Below are positions 18,066 through 27,577 of a stretch of 64,000 nucleotides of DNA, one piece after another. The notes beneath the pieces are model-generated. The model did no database searches. It was given only the letters and a program-made list of their open reading frames with translations, and was not told where the DNA came from. The stretch lies in assembly GCA_963731265.1 (NCBI GenBank), contig CAVSUE010000002.1, forward strand, positions 96,001 through 160,000, written 5' to 3'. The translations under genes and the position numbers were made by a program. This DNA is from an uncultured Verrucomicrobiae bacterium (GTDB taxonomy: Bacteria; Chlamydiota; Chlamydiia; Chlamydiales; Rhabdochlamydiaceae). Each line of letters opens with the position of its first letter. Positions within the stretch are counted from its first letter, which is position 1.

Positions 18066-20702
18066 TTACGCAGCCTTTTTGCCTTTGTCGAATCGCGATT
18101 CTGTGACATTTCCATGTTCATCAAAACTCTTCTTCACACCGTGAAGTTCATCTTCGAGAAATGCTTGTAAAAGGCGCGGCTTGCCATCATCGTAATATTT
18201 ATTGAATTTCCCGTGCCGTTTGCCTTCCTTATATTCTCCTTCAAAAGTGAGAACGCCTTGTTCGTTCCATTCACGATACAGGCCATGGATGTGATCATTT
18301 TTATAGGGAATGTGTTTGGCCAGCTTTCCATTCTCGTAATAAGTTTTTTCCTCGCCCTCTTTCTGGCCATCGACAAAATGGGCTTCAATGAAGAGCTTTC
18401 CATCAGGAAAATATTGGAGCGACGGTCCGTCGCGTTTATCGCCGTGAAATTCGATCGACATCAATACTTGCCCTTTGGGAGAAAGAATTTTTGCTGTTCC
18501 TTCCCGCAAACCATGTACATAAGGAGTCGAGCCAATTTTGGCTCCGCTTTCATTGTATTCGATCGCTTCGCCTTCTGTCAGATCATTGACAAAATTCACT
18601 TCTAAAGCTTTGACTTTCCCGAAATATTCATGGGAAGGATAAAAAACTTCATGGACACCTTCGCGACGATTGTCCTTGTAATGGAAAATGATTTCTCTTC
18701 CATCCCGCGATTTTTCAAAAAAGCGGCCGTTAAGTTTGCCATTTTCATAAACTGCTTCTTCCAATAGATTGCCCTCTTGGTCCCACATCGCCTTCATGCC
18801 GTGGATCTCTCCTTTATCATAAGCAATGGAACTCTGAAGGGTACCGTTCGGAAAATAAGTCTTTTGTACGCCCTGCAACCTTCCTTCAGAATCATAGATA
18901 AAATGGCGTGCAAGTTGAAGCACCGTTTTCTTTGAGGGAATGGGCAAAGACTCTTTTTCAAGGTCTTGTTTGGAAAAGTAATCTTTATGCTCGCCTATGG
19001 GAAGACCAACATGGAATTTTTTTATCGAAGAAAGGGTCCCTTCTTCAAACCATGTCTTTATTTCTCCATCGAGTTTGTCTTCTTTATAAAATGCGGAAAT
19101 TTTTATTTGTCCATTGGGATAATACTCTTCTGCTTTTCCTTCCCGTTTGCCATTTTCAAAATTGACAACTTCTTTTGATTTATTTTTCTCATACCATAAT
19201 CGGGCAGTACCGGAAGGCTGATCATTCACATACCGGACTTCCATGATCAGTTCATTGGCTTCATTCCATTGTTTATGGACATTCTGCCGCTTGCCTTGCT
19301 CATAGTCCCCTGAAAAAGCCAAAACGCTGTTAGGATGCCATTCTCGTCGAGTTTTATCCAATTTGCCATCGGCGTATGTCTCTTCCAGTTTGAGATTGCC
19401 ACCCTCATACCACTCTTGACAAAGGCCATGTTTAAGCCCATTTTTCAATTCGTAGTGGACCGCCATCTCAGCATTTTCAAACCATTCTTCAAATGAGCCA
19501 TCCCGGATATTGTTATGGTAAAAGGCTCGAACTTTGAGCTGGCCATTACCATGATATTCTTTTTGCTCCCCTTCGAAATTTCCATTATTGTAATTGAATT
19601 CGACCAGTGGATTGCCATTAGGATGCCATTGACGGAAAACGCCATGGCGTTTGTCCCCGATAAAATAATATTCGGCCGTTTTTTTCCCATCTGGGGAAAA
19701 TTCCTGCACGGGGGCCAATAACAATCCTTCTTTATCGAAGGTGGCCAGATAGACTGGATTGCCATTTTCCGCGTTTCGCCAATGTTTGCCGATGGCCACG
19801 CCTTCTTTATATTCCCCTTCGCCAATCACCTTTCCTTCCAAACTGAAAATCTGTTCCTTTCCGTGCTTTTTTCCATTTTTGTATTGAACCTTGTAAGCCT
19901 CCTTTCCATTGGGATGATAACGCAAATGAGCGCCTATAGGCTGCCCCTGATTAAAATCCAATACTTCTAAAATAGAATGATCTTCTGCATAGAAAATAAG
20001 AGCAGGATTCTTCCCATCGGAATGATAGGTCCCATTTTGGTAGCGCATGGTTGCTTTCAGGGCGCCGCTCGGATACCATTCCATAGCAAGTCCATGAGGC
20101 ACACCCTTTTCATAGGGGATTAATGATTCCCGATTTCCTTTAGGATGATATTTGATCAACTCTCCGACGACTTTGCCCTCTTCATAAGAAATCTCTTCTG
20201 CCTTTGATCCATCTTCATAATACGAAATCATCTCTCCATGACGCTCACCTTGTTTGAATGTGCATTGCCCGTGGAGCTTTCCATTCGGAAAATAGATTTT
20301 CATTTCTCCGTGAATGACGCCGTGATCATAAAAAACCGTTTTTTCCAGTTGTCCATTTTGGAAAAAAGCAATGCTCATTCCATGCGGAACAATTGTCGAT
20401 TTCCAATCTATGGCTCCCTTTGAATCTTCAGGCACTACGATCAAATCCATCTCGTTTTGGATTTGGCCGTTAGGATAAAATACGACTTGCTTGACTGGGG
20501 CTTCATTGGCATCGCCGATCTGTTCATAAAACAGAACCCGCTGCGGCTGGCCTGTTTGATGGGTGTCTAAGATTTTTGGACGCCAGTGCGGCTGGCGCTG
20601 CTTAAGGCCAGGAGCGACGGGTTTGATAGGTTCAGACGAAGCCCATCCAAAAGACAAACCAGCAAAGAGCAGAGCTATCGCAATCAGCAATTTCGCACGC
20701 AT
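18066..20702 (-). CDS. Exported MORN-variant (YwqK-like) repeat protein
   Basis: Signal peptide; dozens of Y.NG..HG....(Y/W)..NG repeats. Confidence 0.88.
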   Translation of the reverse strand: MRAKLLIAIALLFAGLSFGWASSEPIKPVAPGLKQRQPHWRPKILDTHQTGQPQRVLFYEQIGDANEAPVKQVVFYPNGQIQNEMDLIVVPEDSKGAIDWKSTIVPHGMSIAFFQNGQLEKTVFYDHGVIHGEMKIYFPNGKLHGQCTFKQGERHGEMISYYEDGSKAEEISYEEGKVVGELIKYHPKGNRESLIPYEKGVPHGLAMEWYPSGALKATMRYQNGTYHSDGKNPALIFYAEDHSILEVLDFNQGQPIGAHLRYHPNGKEAYKVQYKNGKKHGKEQIFSLEGKVIGEGEYKEGVAIGKHWRNAENGNPVYLATFDKEGLLLAPVQEFSPDGKKTAEYYFIGDKRHGVFRQWHPNGNPLVEFNYNNGNFEGEQKEYHGNGQLKVRAFYHNNIRDGSFEEWFENAEMAVHYELKNGLKHGLCQEWYEGGNLKLEETYADGKLDKTRREWHPNSVLAFSGDYEQGKRQNVHKQWNEANELIMEVRYVNDQPSGTARLWYEKNKSKEVVNFENGKREGKAEEYYPNGQIKISAFYKEDKLDGEIKTWFEEGTLSSIKKFHVGLPIGEHKDYFSKQDLEKESLPIPSKKTVLQLARHFIYDSEGRLQGVQKTYFPNGTLQSSIAYDKGEIHGMKAMWDQEGNLLEEAVYENGKLNGRFFEKSRDGREIIFHYKDNRREGVHEVFYPSHEYFGKVKALEVNFVNDLTEGEAIEYNESGAKIGSTPYVHGLREGTAKILSPKGQVLMSIEFHGDKRDGPSLQYFPDGKLFIEAHFVDGQKEGEEKTYYENGKLAKHIPYKNDHIHGLYREWNEQGVLTFEGEYKEGKRHGKFNKYYDDGKPRLLQAFLEDELHGVKKSFDEHGNVTESRFDKGKKAA

Positions 20703-20969
20703 AGAAATCCTCGTAAAAAGGGTTTTTGACGAATCATACTTAATGTTCCGATATCCGACAAGGAGGGGTTTTTCCTTAAAATTTTTGGCATTCGGAATAA
20801 AAAATCTCCAAGAGCCTTAGAATAAATAACTAAAAGATTTAGCAAATCAACAGTTAATATAAACATAAATTACTAAATCGCAATTACTTAGTTATTTCTT
20901 ATATAACATTGATAAACAAATAAATAATTGGCATAATTGAAATAAAGAATAATACAATTGGAGCATGTA

Positions 20970-22442
20970 ATGGCGAATTCTATATCTACAAGTAATAACC
21001 CTCTTCAAGCCATGGATAACGCTCTCATTTCCTTTGTAAAGCCCTATAGGCAATTCTACTCAAATGGAGAAATATCTTTAGCCTCGGTCCAGCGTGCCTT
21101 TGAGTCTTTCCAAAACGCTTTGAATTTGAATAAGGGCGTCGAAGACAAAGAGAAGGAACTCTACGCATCATTAATCATTGAAAGGGGTCGCTGCAAAGTT
21201 TACAGCGAAGCAATGAAAGACTACTATGAAAACACTACAATAGGTAAGGTCTACCGTTTCTTTGAAGGAATTTGCAAAGACCTGTTCGGCTGGAAAACCT
21301 CCACAGAAGAAGCAAAAGACCTTCTTCAACAATTTAATCAAGCATTAGAGCCCGCTATCAAGAAAGGGGATCAGACAATTGGCAAACTATTTTTCGATAA
21401 AAATTCTATTGAAGAGTTATCCAAAGAAACTTATATGGCACTGGCGCGATATGAAGGAGCTAATAAAAAGAGAACAGCTTTATGGGACATGAGCACGAAT
21501 CAATCAAACAAGAACATTTTTTTGATTTCAAAGCCTGACGGTGATTGTTATCTAACAAATGAATTCTTAGGAAAAGGCGCTAATAAAAAAGTTTATTCAG
21601 GAAAACATGAACCATTTCTTTCCAATGAACAAAAGGGTGCAGGAGATCGTCTCGCAATTGCGATTTATTCTCAAAGCGACGAACAAGAACTTCAAAAAGA
21701 ACTACACCCTCTAGAACAATTAAAAGGTATCGATGGAATTATTAAAGTCCAAGATTCCGTTCTTGCCATCAACAATGATGACAGATCCGTTCCCATTATG
21801 ATTACACAAAAATACATCACGATCGATTCTTATTTAGAACAAGCTTCCTTTAAAGGGACTCCTTTAGAGGAAAATGAAAAAATCGACTTAATAAAAGCTT
21901 TAACGATTATTGTTTTTAAAGTACATGCAATGGGAAAAATTCATCGAGATATCAAAGAACTTAATATTCTTATCGATACAACAAAAAGACCGCCTCAACC
22001 AATCTTGATTGATTTTGAATCCTGCATTGACGTCAATGATAAGAGCCGCCGAAAAAAAGAACGGGCAGGAACAAATGCATATCTTTCGCCAGAATATGCT
22101 TCAGCAATAAAAAAATTAGGCGACGCCACCGACCAAAGGCTGTTCAGTGACGCAACTCAATCGATGGTGAATGCGACAACACCATATGTGGATATTTGGG
22201 CGTTAGGGTTGGTTTTATTCAGAATTTATTATGGAAAATCTTTTCTGAATGAAATTGACAAAAAAATGATGCATATACCTACAGAAAGACTTCCTCCAAT
22301 GATCAGTGAGATTATTCAAGAGAATGTCGACAGGGTCTTTCAGAACAATGCGGAGGGTCCAATTGCCAAGATCATTAAAAACATGCTGGCAGTCGATCCT
22401 GCCCAAAGAAAAATGCCACAAGCCAGCGAATGGCCGCAATAA
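20970..22442 (+). CDS. Hanks-type Ser/Thr protein kinase, candidate effector
   Basis: GKGANKKVY loop, HRDIKELN, DFE, GTNAYLSPEY and DIWALG motifs; start set at ATG 20970. Confidence 0.88.
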   Translation: MANSISTSNNPLQAMDNALISFVKPYRQFYSNGEISLASVQRAFESFQNALNLNKGVEDKEKELYASLIIERGRCKVYSEAMKDYYENTTIGKVYRFFEGICKDLFGWKTSTEEAKDLLQQFNQALEPAIKKGDQTIGKLFFDKNSIEELSKETYMALARYEGANKKRTALWDMSTNQSNKNIFLISKPDGDCYLTNEFLGKGANKKVYSGKHEPFLSNEQKGAGDRLAIAIYSQSDEQELQKELHPLEQLKGIDGIIKVQDSVLAINNDDRSVPIMITQKYITIDSYLEQASFKGTPLEENEKIDLIKALTIIVFKVHAMGKIHRDIKELNILIDTTKRPPQPILIDFESCIDVNDKSRRKKERAGTNAYLSPEYASAIKKLGDATDQRLFSDATQSMVNATTPYVDIWALGLVLFRIYYGKSFLNEIDKKMMHIPTERLPPMISEIIQENVDRVFQNNAEGPIAKIIKNMLAVDPAQRKMPQASEWPQ

Positions 22443-22445
22443 AAC

Positions 22446-22476
22446 AGCCTAAGGCTGATATTCCCAGCCTTAGGCT
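22446..22476. terminator. Hairpin between convergent genes
   Basis: AGCCTAAGGCTG-7 nt-CAGCCTTAGGCT. Confidence 0.7.
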
Positions 22477-22502
22477 TCACATATTTTGCTTCTAGATACT
22501 TC

Positions 22503-22892
22503 TTAATACGTCATCCAGAAAGCAAGCCAGCACAGGCCAAAGCCCCAAACCAAAGGAATTACACCTTGGATTTTGCACCAGCCTGGCTCTTTCGAGGACC
22601 ACTTCATGAGCATATGCGGCATGAATAGAGCTAATACCCCGCGTAGCAACATGAACCATCCGAGCAATGTCACGAGCAATGGCAAGTTCCAAGCCCACAT
22701 GTTATACGAGTTGATAATCGTAAGACCAAGTAATATGTTGATCGTCCCCCATGTATGATGGACCGCAGGGGTGTTTTTGCAGGATGTGCAGACTTTTGCC
22801 ATGTTTTCATGGTAAAACAGCATCCAAATCCCTAAGATCATCAGCAAAGGGCCGAAAATGCTGGCCAACATCATTGCATTTTGCATTTGCAT
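22503..22892 (-). CDS. Small four-TM membrane protein
   Basis: Four hydrophobic segments; GGAGG RBS upstream. Confidence 0.7.
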   Translation of the reverse strand: MQMQNAMMLASIFGPLLMILGIWMLFYHENMAKVCTSCKNTPAVHHTWGTINILLGLTIINSYNMWAWNLPLLVTLLGWFMLLRGVLALFMPHMLMKWSSKEPGWCKIQGVIPLVWGFGLCWLAFWMTY

Positions 22893-23046
22893 TTTGCCTC
22901 CAAAAAGTTCAATAAGAACAATAACTTCACCTTAAGGATTAAACAAATTATTTGTCAAGCGCGCCGTAACTAAAATCTTTATTCATAATGAAAAATTAGC
23001 AAAGCCTACCCCGAATGGGTTTGTCGCGGCAGGGCAACGTGAGCCC

Positions 23047-23520
23047 TTAACTAGGGCCTTTTTTTTGCTTTTCATAAAGGCCCATCAATTGGGTTTTGTC
23101 GAGAATATGTCCTTGCATGGCTTGCTCGACATCTTTCTTTACGGCCCCCTTTGGGAGGTGGACCAGATCGCAATTTAACGCATAGAGTTTGAAAAAATAG
23201 CGATGTTCTCTATCAGGCGGGCAGGGGCCGATATAACCTAGTCCTCCGTCGGTGTTTTTACCCGGGGTGCCTTCGGGCTGAGAATTTTCTGCAATTTTTG
23301 TGATGGAGGGGGGAATATTAAAAACGATCCAATGGTCGTACATTTTTTCTTTGCGGACAGATTCTGGAACATCGGGATCGTCCATGATTAAAACCAGCGT
23401 TTTGGCATTGCGGGGGACATTGCCGATCAAGAGTTCGGGATTTACATTTTCCCCATCACACGTGTATTTGGACGGAATTTTTCCTCCTTCTGCAAAGGCG
23501 GGGCTTGTCAAGCTCAGCAT
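23047..23520 (-). CDS. YbhB/YbcL (PEBP/Raf kinase inhibitor-like) protein
   Basis: KYTCDG, DDPD, HWIVFNIP and GPCPP..HRYFFKLYAL motifs. Confidence 0.93.
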   Translation of the reverse strand: MLSLTSPAFAEGGKIPSKYTCDGENVNPELLIGNVPRNAKTLVLIMDDPDVPESVRKEKMYDHWIVFNIPPSITKIAENSQPEGTPGKNTDGGLGYIGPCPPDREHRYFFKLYALNCDLVHLPKGAVKKDVEQAMQGHILDKTQLMGLYEKQKKGPS

Positions 23521-23591
23521 AAAGGCACCTCATTTTTTTTGGATCATGCAAGAAATTTTAAAAAAAGTATACCACTCCCACTTAGGGTATG

Positions 23592-23707
23592 TGAATTTTG
23601 GCAGCGGATTTTGAGTCCTAGTAGCATTGTCGAGATCGCCGTAAACTTCAGTATGTTAGCAAGATCGAACAAATGCCCTGGGCTCAAAAAACGCTCAACA
23701 AAATTCA
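23592..23707. repeat. Palindromic intergenic element
   Basis: TGAATTTTGGCAGCGGATTTTGAGTCCTAG pairs imperfectly with CTGGGCTCAAAAAACGCTCAACAAAATTCA; inner CATTGTCGAGATC/GATCGAACAAATG. Confidence 0.65.
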
Positions 23708-23767
23708 GCCAGAATTAGCGGGGGATCCTCTCCCAGCGTTTCATAATCCCCTTCGCCATGCCTCGGG

Positions 23768-24292
23768 TTACTTTTTCGCAGGGAGGAGCTGTTTGGATAG
23801 GGTTGGTTTAGAGTAGGCGAAATGAATGAGATGGCCGTATTGCAAATCAACCCATAGTTTTTTGCCCTCCTCTTCCTTGTTTTGAAAGAAAGTAAGAACT
23901 CCTCGGGGCTCTAATCGCCCGGAAAAAAGATCGAAATGCAGCGGAACAATTTTTTTCCCATTGAATTGGATGAGGGCAGCATGGATTTTTTTCTCGGCCT
24001 GATCGAACTTGATGGAAGGCTTAAAGGGCTCATTTGTTGTAAATTTGTAGTGAAGTTTTCCATTCTTCACGTAAAAATCCAGGGTTATATCCGTTTGGTA
24101 GGTCAAAGCTAGCAGCTGGGCTTCCTGCAAACGGATATAGAGTTCGGAGACTTCTCGTTCAAAAACATGGTCGTCAATGAGTTTCTTAATGTGGATCGCT
24201 GAAAAAGATGCGATCAAACTCAAAATCACCAACGCAAGCATGATTTCGAGAAGCGTAAAAGGTTTATTTTTGCCCTTCTTGAAGCTCTTCAC
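23768..24292 (-). CDS. Type II secretion pseudopilin
   Basis: Prepilin-like KPFTLLEIMLAL N-terminus; in gsp operon. Confidence 0.82.
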   Translation of the reverse strand: MKSFKKGKNKPFTLLEIMLALVILSLIASFSAIHIKKLIDDHVFEREVSELYIRLQEAQLLALTYQTDITLDFYVKNGKLHYKFTTNEPFKPSIKFDQAEKKIHAALIQFNGKKIVPLHFDLFSGRLEPRGVLTFFQNKEEEGKKLWVDLQYGHLIHFAYSKPTLSKQLLPAKK

Positions 24293-24680
24293 AGTTTATG
24301 CCTAACTTTTCTCTTCTTTTTTGTTCATATGCCCTGAATTTCGGGGAAGACACAATGAAAGTATCGTTGCTACGGCCGTCGATACTTATATCAAAAGGGA
24401 CGCCCCAGCCGTCTTTAAGAAATTGTGCGGGGTTTTTTACGAGGCCGGATTCAGCGAGAACTGTCTCTTTATTTGCTAGAACCTGCTCGATGGGCATTCC
24501 GCGTGCGACTTCAAGCATCAGGATATCGTAAATCTGCTGCTGAGCTTGCTCCGTCTTAAAAGCCTTCCCTTTGTCGAGGCTTCCTTTCATATTGACGCCG
24601 ATGACACTGCCAATCAGGCCGATCAAGACGATCACGATCATGATTTCGAGAAGGGTTAGGGTTCTTTTTTTTCTTCGCAT
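24264..24680 (-). CDS. Type II secretion major pseudopilin (GspG-like)
   Basis: MRRKKRTLTLLEIMIVIVLIG and KDGWG motifs; downstream of gspF. Confidence 0.82.
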   Translation of the reverse strand: MRRKKRTLTLLEIMIVIVLIGLIGSVIGVNMKGSLDKGKAFKTEQAQQQIYDILMLEVARGMPIEQVLANKETVLAESGLVKNPAQFLKDGWGVPFDISIDGRSNDTFIVSSPKFRAYEQKRREKLGINCEELQEGQK

Positions 24681-24693
24681 GGGTTTCTCCTGG

Positions 24694-25881
24694 TTAATTT
24701 GTTGACAACGAGCTGACGTCGGTGAGAGGGAGCAGGATAGATAGAACCACGAGTCCGACAATGGCTCCTAAAGTGATGAGGAGGGCGGGCTGAAGGAATG
24801 TATTGAGTTGTCCGAGATGTTTTTCCATTTCTTCATCATAGATTTCTGCGAGGTTGAAGAAGGCTTCTTCCATTTTTCCCGTCTCTTCTGCCAAAGCAAG
24901 CATCCGGGTCACTAGAGGGGGCAGAATCGGAGATCCTTGAAACGCCGCGCTAATCCTCTCTCCCTGTCCTACCCTTGTTTGCGCTTTTACTATCGCGTCT
25001 TCAATGAGGGGGCTTTTAACGACATTGCGGGAGAGGGAGAGGGCTTCGAGCAAGGGGACACCCCCCGCAAGCAGCATCGAGAGGGCACGGCAAAAACGCA
25101 CGAGGGCGGAATGCAAAAGCAGTGTCTTGATAAAAGGCAGCTTCAACGACAGCTGATAGATCCGCAGTTTGCCAGTGCGATTGCGGACAGCCAAGACGGC
25201 TCCGATGGGCAACGCGAGAAGAGTTACGCTTAAATAAATGACGTTATGATTCACCCAGTTGCTAATGGAAAGAATAGCGGCAGTAATAGGATGAAGGGCT
25301 CTGTCTTCGAAGAGTTCTTTCATGGAAGGGATCACGAAAAATAAAAGACCGCAAACAATGAAAAAGCAAAAGAGGGCGAGAAAAGAAGGATAAGCAAGGG
25401 CAGAGACGAGTTGTTTTTTTAATTTATGCTGGCGTGCAATTAATTCGGCGAGCTGAAGGAAAACAGCCGCGAGATTGCCGCTCTGCTCCGCAACCTGGAC
25501 CATGGAAAGATAAATTTGATTAAAGCTGGCGGGATAGCGCTTTAGCGCGATCGATAAAGACGAACCGGCCTTGAGATGGTCGCACAGATCGAGAAATAGA
25601 GGATGGACCTTATGCCTGCGGTATTTTTCCTCGATAGTAAGCAAACTTTCATAAAGGGGCAAACCTGCCTTGAGGAGCTGGGCGATCTCACGCGTAAACG
25701 ACAGCAAAAGGGTTGGAGGGAGAACAAGCTGATTTTCCTTGCTGACGATCGGGAAAACGGTAGTGACGAGGACCTGCTGCTTGCGAAGGCGGTCTTTAGC
25801 AATGGGAAGAGAGTCGGCATCGATCACACCTTTGATCGTTTTTCCTTCAGGTCCGACTGCTGTATAGCGATAGAGAGCCAT
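24694..25881 (-). CDS. gspF: Type II secretion inner membrane platform protein
   Basis: MALYRYTA, LLKAGLPL, AEQSGNL, AEETGKM and LQPAL motifs. Confidence 0.93.
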   Translation of the reverse strand: MALYRYTAVGPEGKTIKGVIDADSLPIAKDRLRKQQVLVTTVFPIVSKENQLVLPPTLLLSFTREIAQLLKAGLPLYESLLTIEEKYRRHKVHPLFLDLCDHLKAGSSLSIALKRYPASFNQIYLSMVQVAEQSGNLAAVFLQLAELIARQHKLKKQLVSALAYPSFLALFCFFIVCGLLFFVIPSMKELFEDRALHPITAAILSISNWVNHNVIYLSVTLLALPIGAVLAVRNRTGKLRIYQLSLKLPFIKTLLLHSALVRFCRALSMLLAGGVPLLEALSLSRNVVKSPLIEDAIVKAQTRVGQGERISAAFQGSPILPPLVTRMLALAEETGKMEEAFFNLAEIYDEEMEKHLGQLNTFLQPALLITLGAIVGLVVLSILLPLTDVSSLSTN

Positions 25882-25888
25882 GAATTAC

Positions 25889-27577
25889 CTATAAATCATC
25901 ATAGCCGCGTGTCACACGGAGGACTTCGCTCGAAGCAGTGAGTCCTTGGATCGCCAATAAGGCTCCTTCTTGGCGCAAGCCGGTCATCCCGCCAGCAATA
26001 GCAACTTTCTGTAACTCGAGAGCGTCGGGGCTCACTAACAGCCGCCGTTTTATCGCTGAAGTCACCGGCATTAATTCGTAGATACCATGGCGCCCTTTGA
26101 ATCCGGAACCGAAGCAATGGGAACATCCCTGACCTTTGAATAATTTCCCATCCGCGAGCATATCATAGGTGATTCCTAGCTCTTTTAACTCTTGTTCAGA
26201 AGGGGTATAGCCAATGCGGCAAAGGGGACAAATGAGCCGCACGAGGCGCTGTGCCAGTACGCCGACAACGGAAGATGTCAAGAGGTAGGGCTCGATCCCC
26301 ATGTCGACAAGCCGGGTGAGCGCGGAAGGGGCGTCGTTGGTATGCAGAGTACTCAATACGAGGTGCCCTGTCAAAGAGGCCTGAATGGCGATTTCGGCAG
26401 TTTCTTTATCTCGGATCTCCCCGATCATGATCACATCAGGATCTTGCCGGAGAATATGACGCAAACCGGTGGCAAAGGTGAGGTGAATTTTTGGGTTCAC
26501 GCCGATTTGTGCCATTCCCTGCAGTTTATATTCGACAGGGTCCTCAATGGTCATGATGTTCATTTCTGAATTGTTGATTTCGGACAAGGCGCTGTAAAGC
26601 GTTGTGGTCTTGCCACTTCCGGTAGGGCCGGTAACGAGAACTATTCCTTCGCTCAAATTGATCAATTTCGTCAGAGGTGATAAGGTAGTCACCCGCATGC
26701 CGATGTTATTCAAACCCAATAAGACGTTTCCTTTGTCGAGGATCCGCAAAACAATCCTTTCTCCAAAAACAACGGGGACCGTGCTCACGCGGAAATCGAT
26801 TTGCCGGCCTCCCATGTTAAGCTTGATTCGCCCATCTTGAGGCAAGCGGTGCTCCGCAATATCAAGGCGGGCCATCACTTTGATGCGCGTGATCAGCTGA
26901 GATTGAAATTCTTTCGGAGGGGCGTGCCGTTGTTGAAGAACACCATCGATTCGATAACGGACGTCCAGTCCATTTTCCATTGGCTCGAAATGGATATCGG
27001 AGGCGCCTTGTTGAATTGCTTCTGCAAGCATCACGTTGAGCATGCGGATGACAGGAGAGTCCGCATTTTTTTCCAGCAGATCGTAACCGTCGTCCTCTTT
27101 CGTCTGCGCAGATGCATTTTCCGGCTGCAAGCTGGCGATGTATTCGGAGGCTTCATTTTCTTTTTGATGATAGCACACCTCGATCGCCTCCTCGAGAGCG
27201 GCTTTAGGAGCGATGACTTCGCTGATTTCGCAATGGGTCATGCAGCGCACTTCTTCGAGCGTTTCCAGATCGAACGGATGGGCCATGGCGATCAATAAGA
27301 CACCTTCCTTTTCTTCTAGTGGCAAAAGAAGATGGCTTTTCGCAAAGGAATAGGGAAGAGGAGTGATCTTTTCTTTGACGTATGGAAATTGGGAAAGATC
27401 GTTAAAAAAAGGAATGCGAAACCTCTTGGCAATCTCTTCAGGCGTGCCCCAATTTTTTTGAGGCAATGGCTTGAACGCGGCCTCGGACGCAGAAGCTGGT
27501 TTTGTTTTTCCTTTGAGAATCTTGACCAGTTCTTCGAGCAGTTCCTTGACCTTGGAGGACGCAGCAGACTTAGACAT
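25889..27577 (-). CDS. gspE: Type II secretion ATPase
   Basis: ASDIHFEP, RLPQDGR, GPTGSGKTTTLY, LRQDPD and TGHLVLSTLHTN motifs, Cys4 motif; start set at MSKSAA. Confidence 0.95.
   Translation of the reverse strand: MSKSAASSKVKELLEELVKILKGKTKPASASEAAFKPLPQKNWGTPEEIAKRFRIPFFNDLSQFPYVKEKITPLPYSFAKSHLLLPLEEKEGVLLIAMAHPFDLETLEEVRCMTHCEISEVIAPKAALEEAIEVCYHQKENEASEYIASLQPENASAQTKEDDGYDLLEKNADSPVIRMLNVMLAEAIQQGASDIHFEPMENGLDVRYRIDGVLQQRHAPPKEFQSQLITRIKVMARLDIAEHRLPQDGRIKLNMGGRQIDFRVSTVPVVFGERIVLRILDKGNVLLGLNNIGMRVTTLSPLTKLINLSEGIVLVTGPTGSGKTTTLYSALSEINNSEMNIMTIEDPVEYKLQGMAQIGVNPKIHLTFATGLRHILRQDPDVIMIGEIRDKETAEIAIQASLTGHLVLSTLHTNDAPSALTRLVDMGIEPYLLTSSVVGVLAQRLVRLICPLCRIGYTPSEQELKELGITYDMLADGKLFKGQGCSHCFGSGFKGRHGIYELMPVTSAIKRRLLVSPDALELQKVAIAGGMTGLRQEGALLAIQGLTASSEVLRVTRGYDDL

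Noticed and set aside
18066..20702. YwqK-type toxin-antitoxin system
   Set aside because: Only a MORN-variant repeat protein with a signal peptide; no adjacent toxin gene
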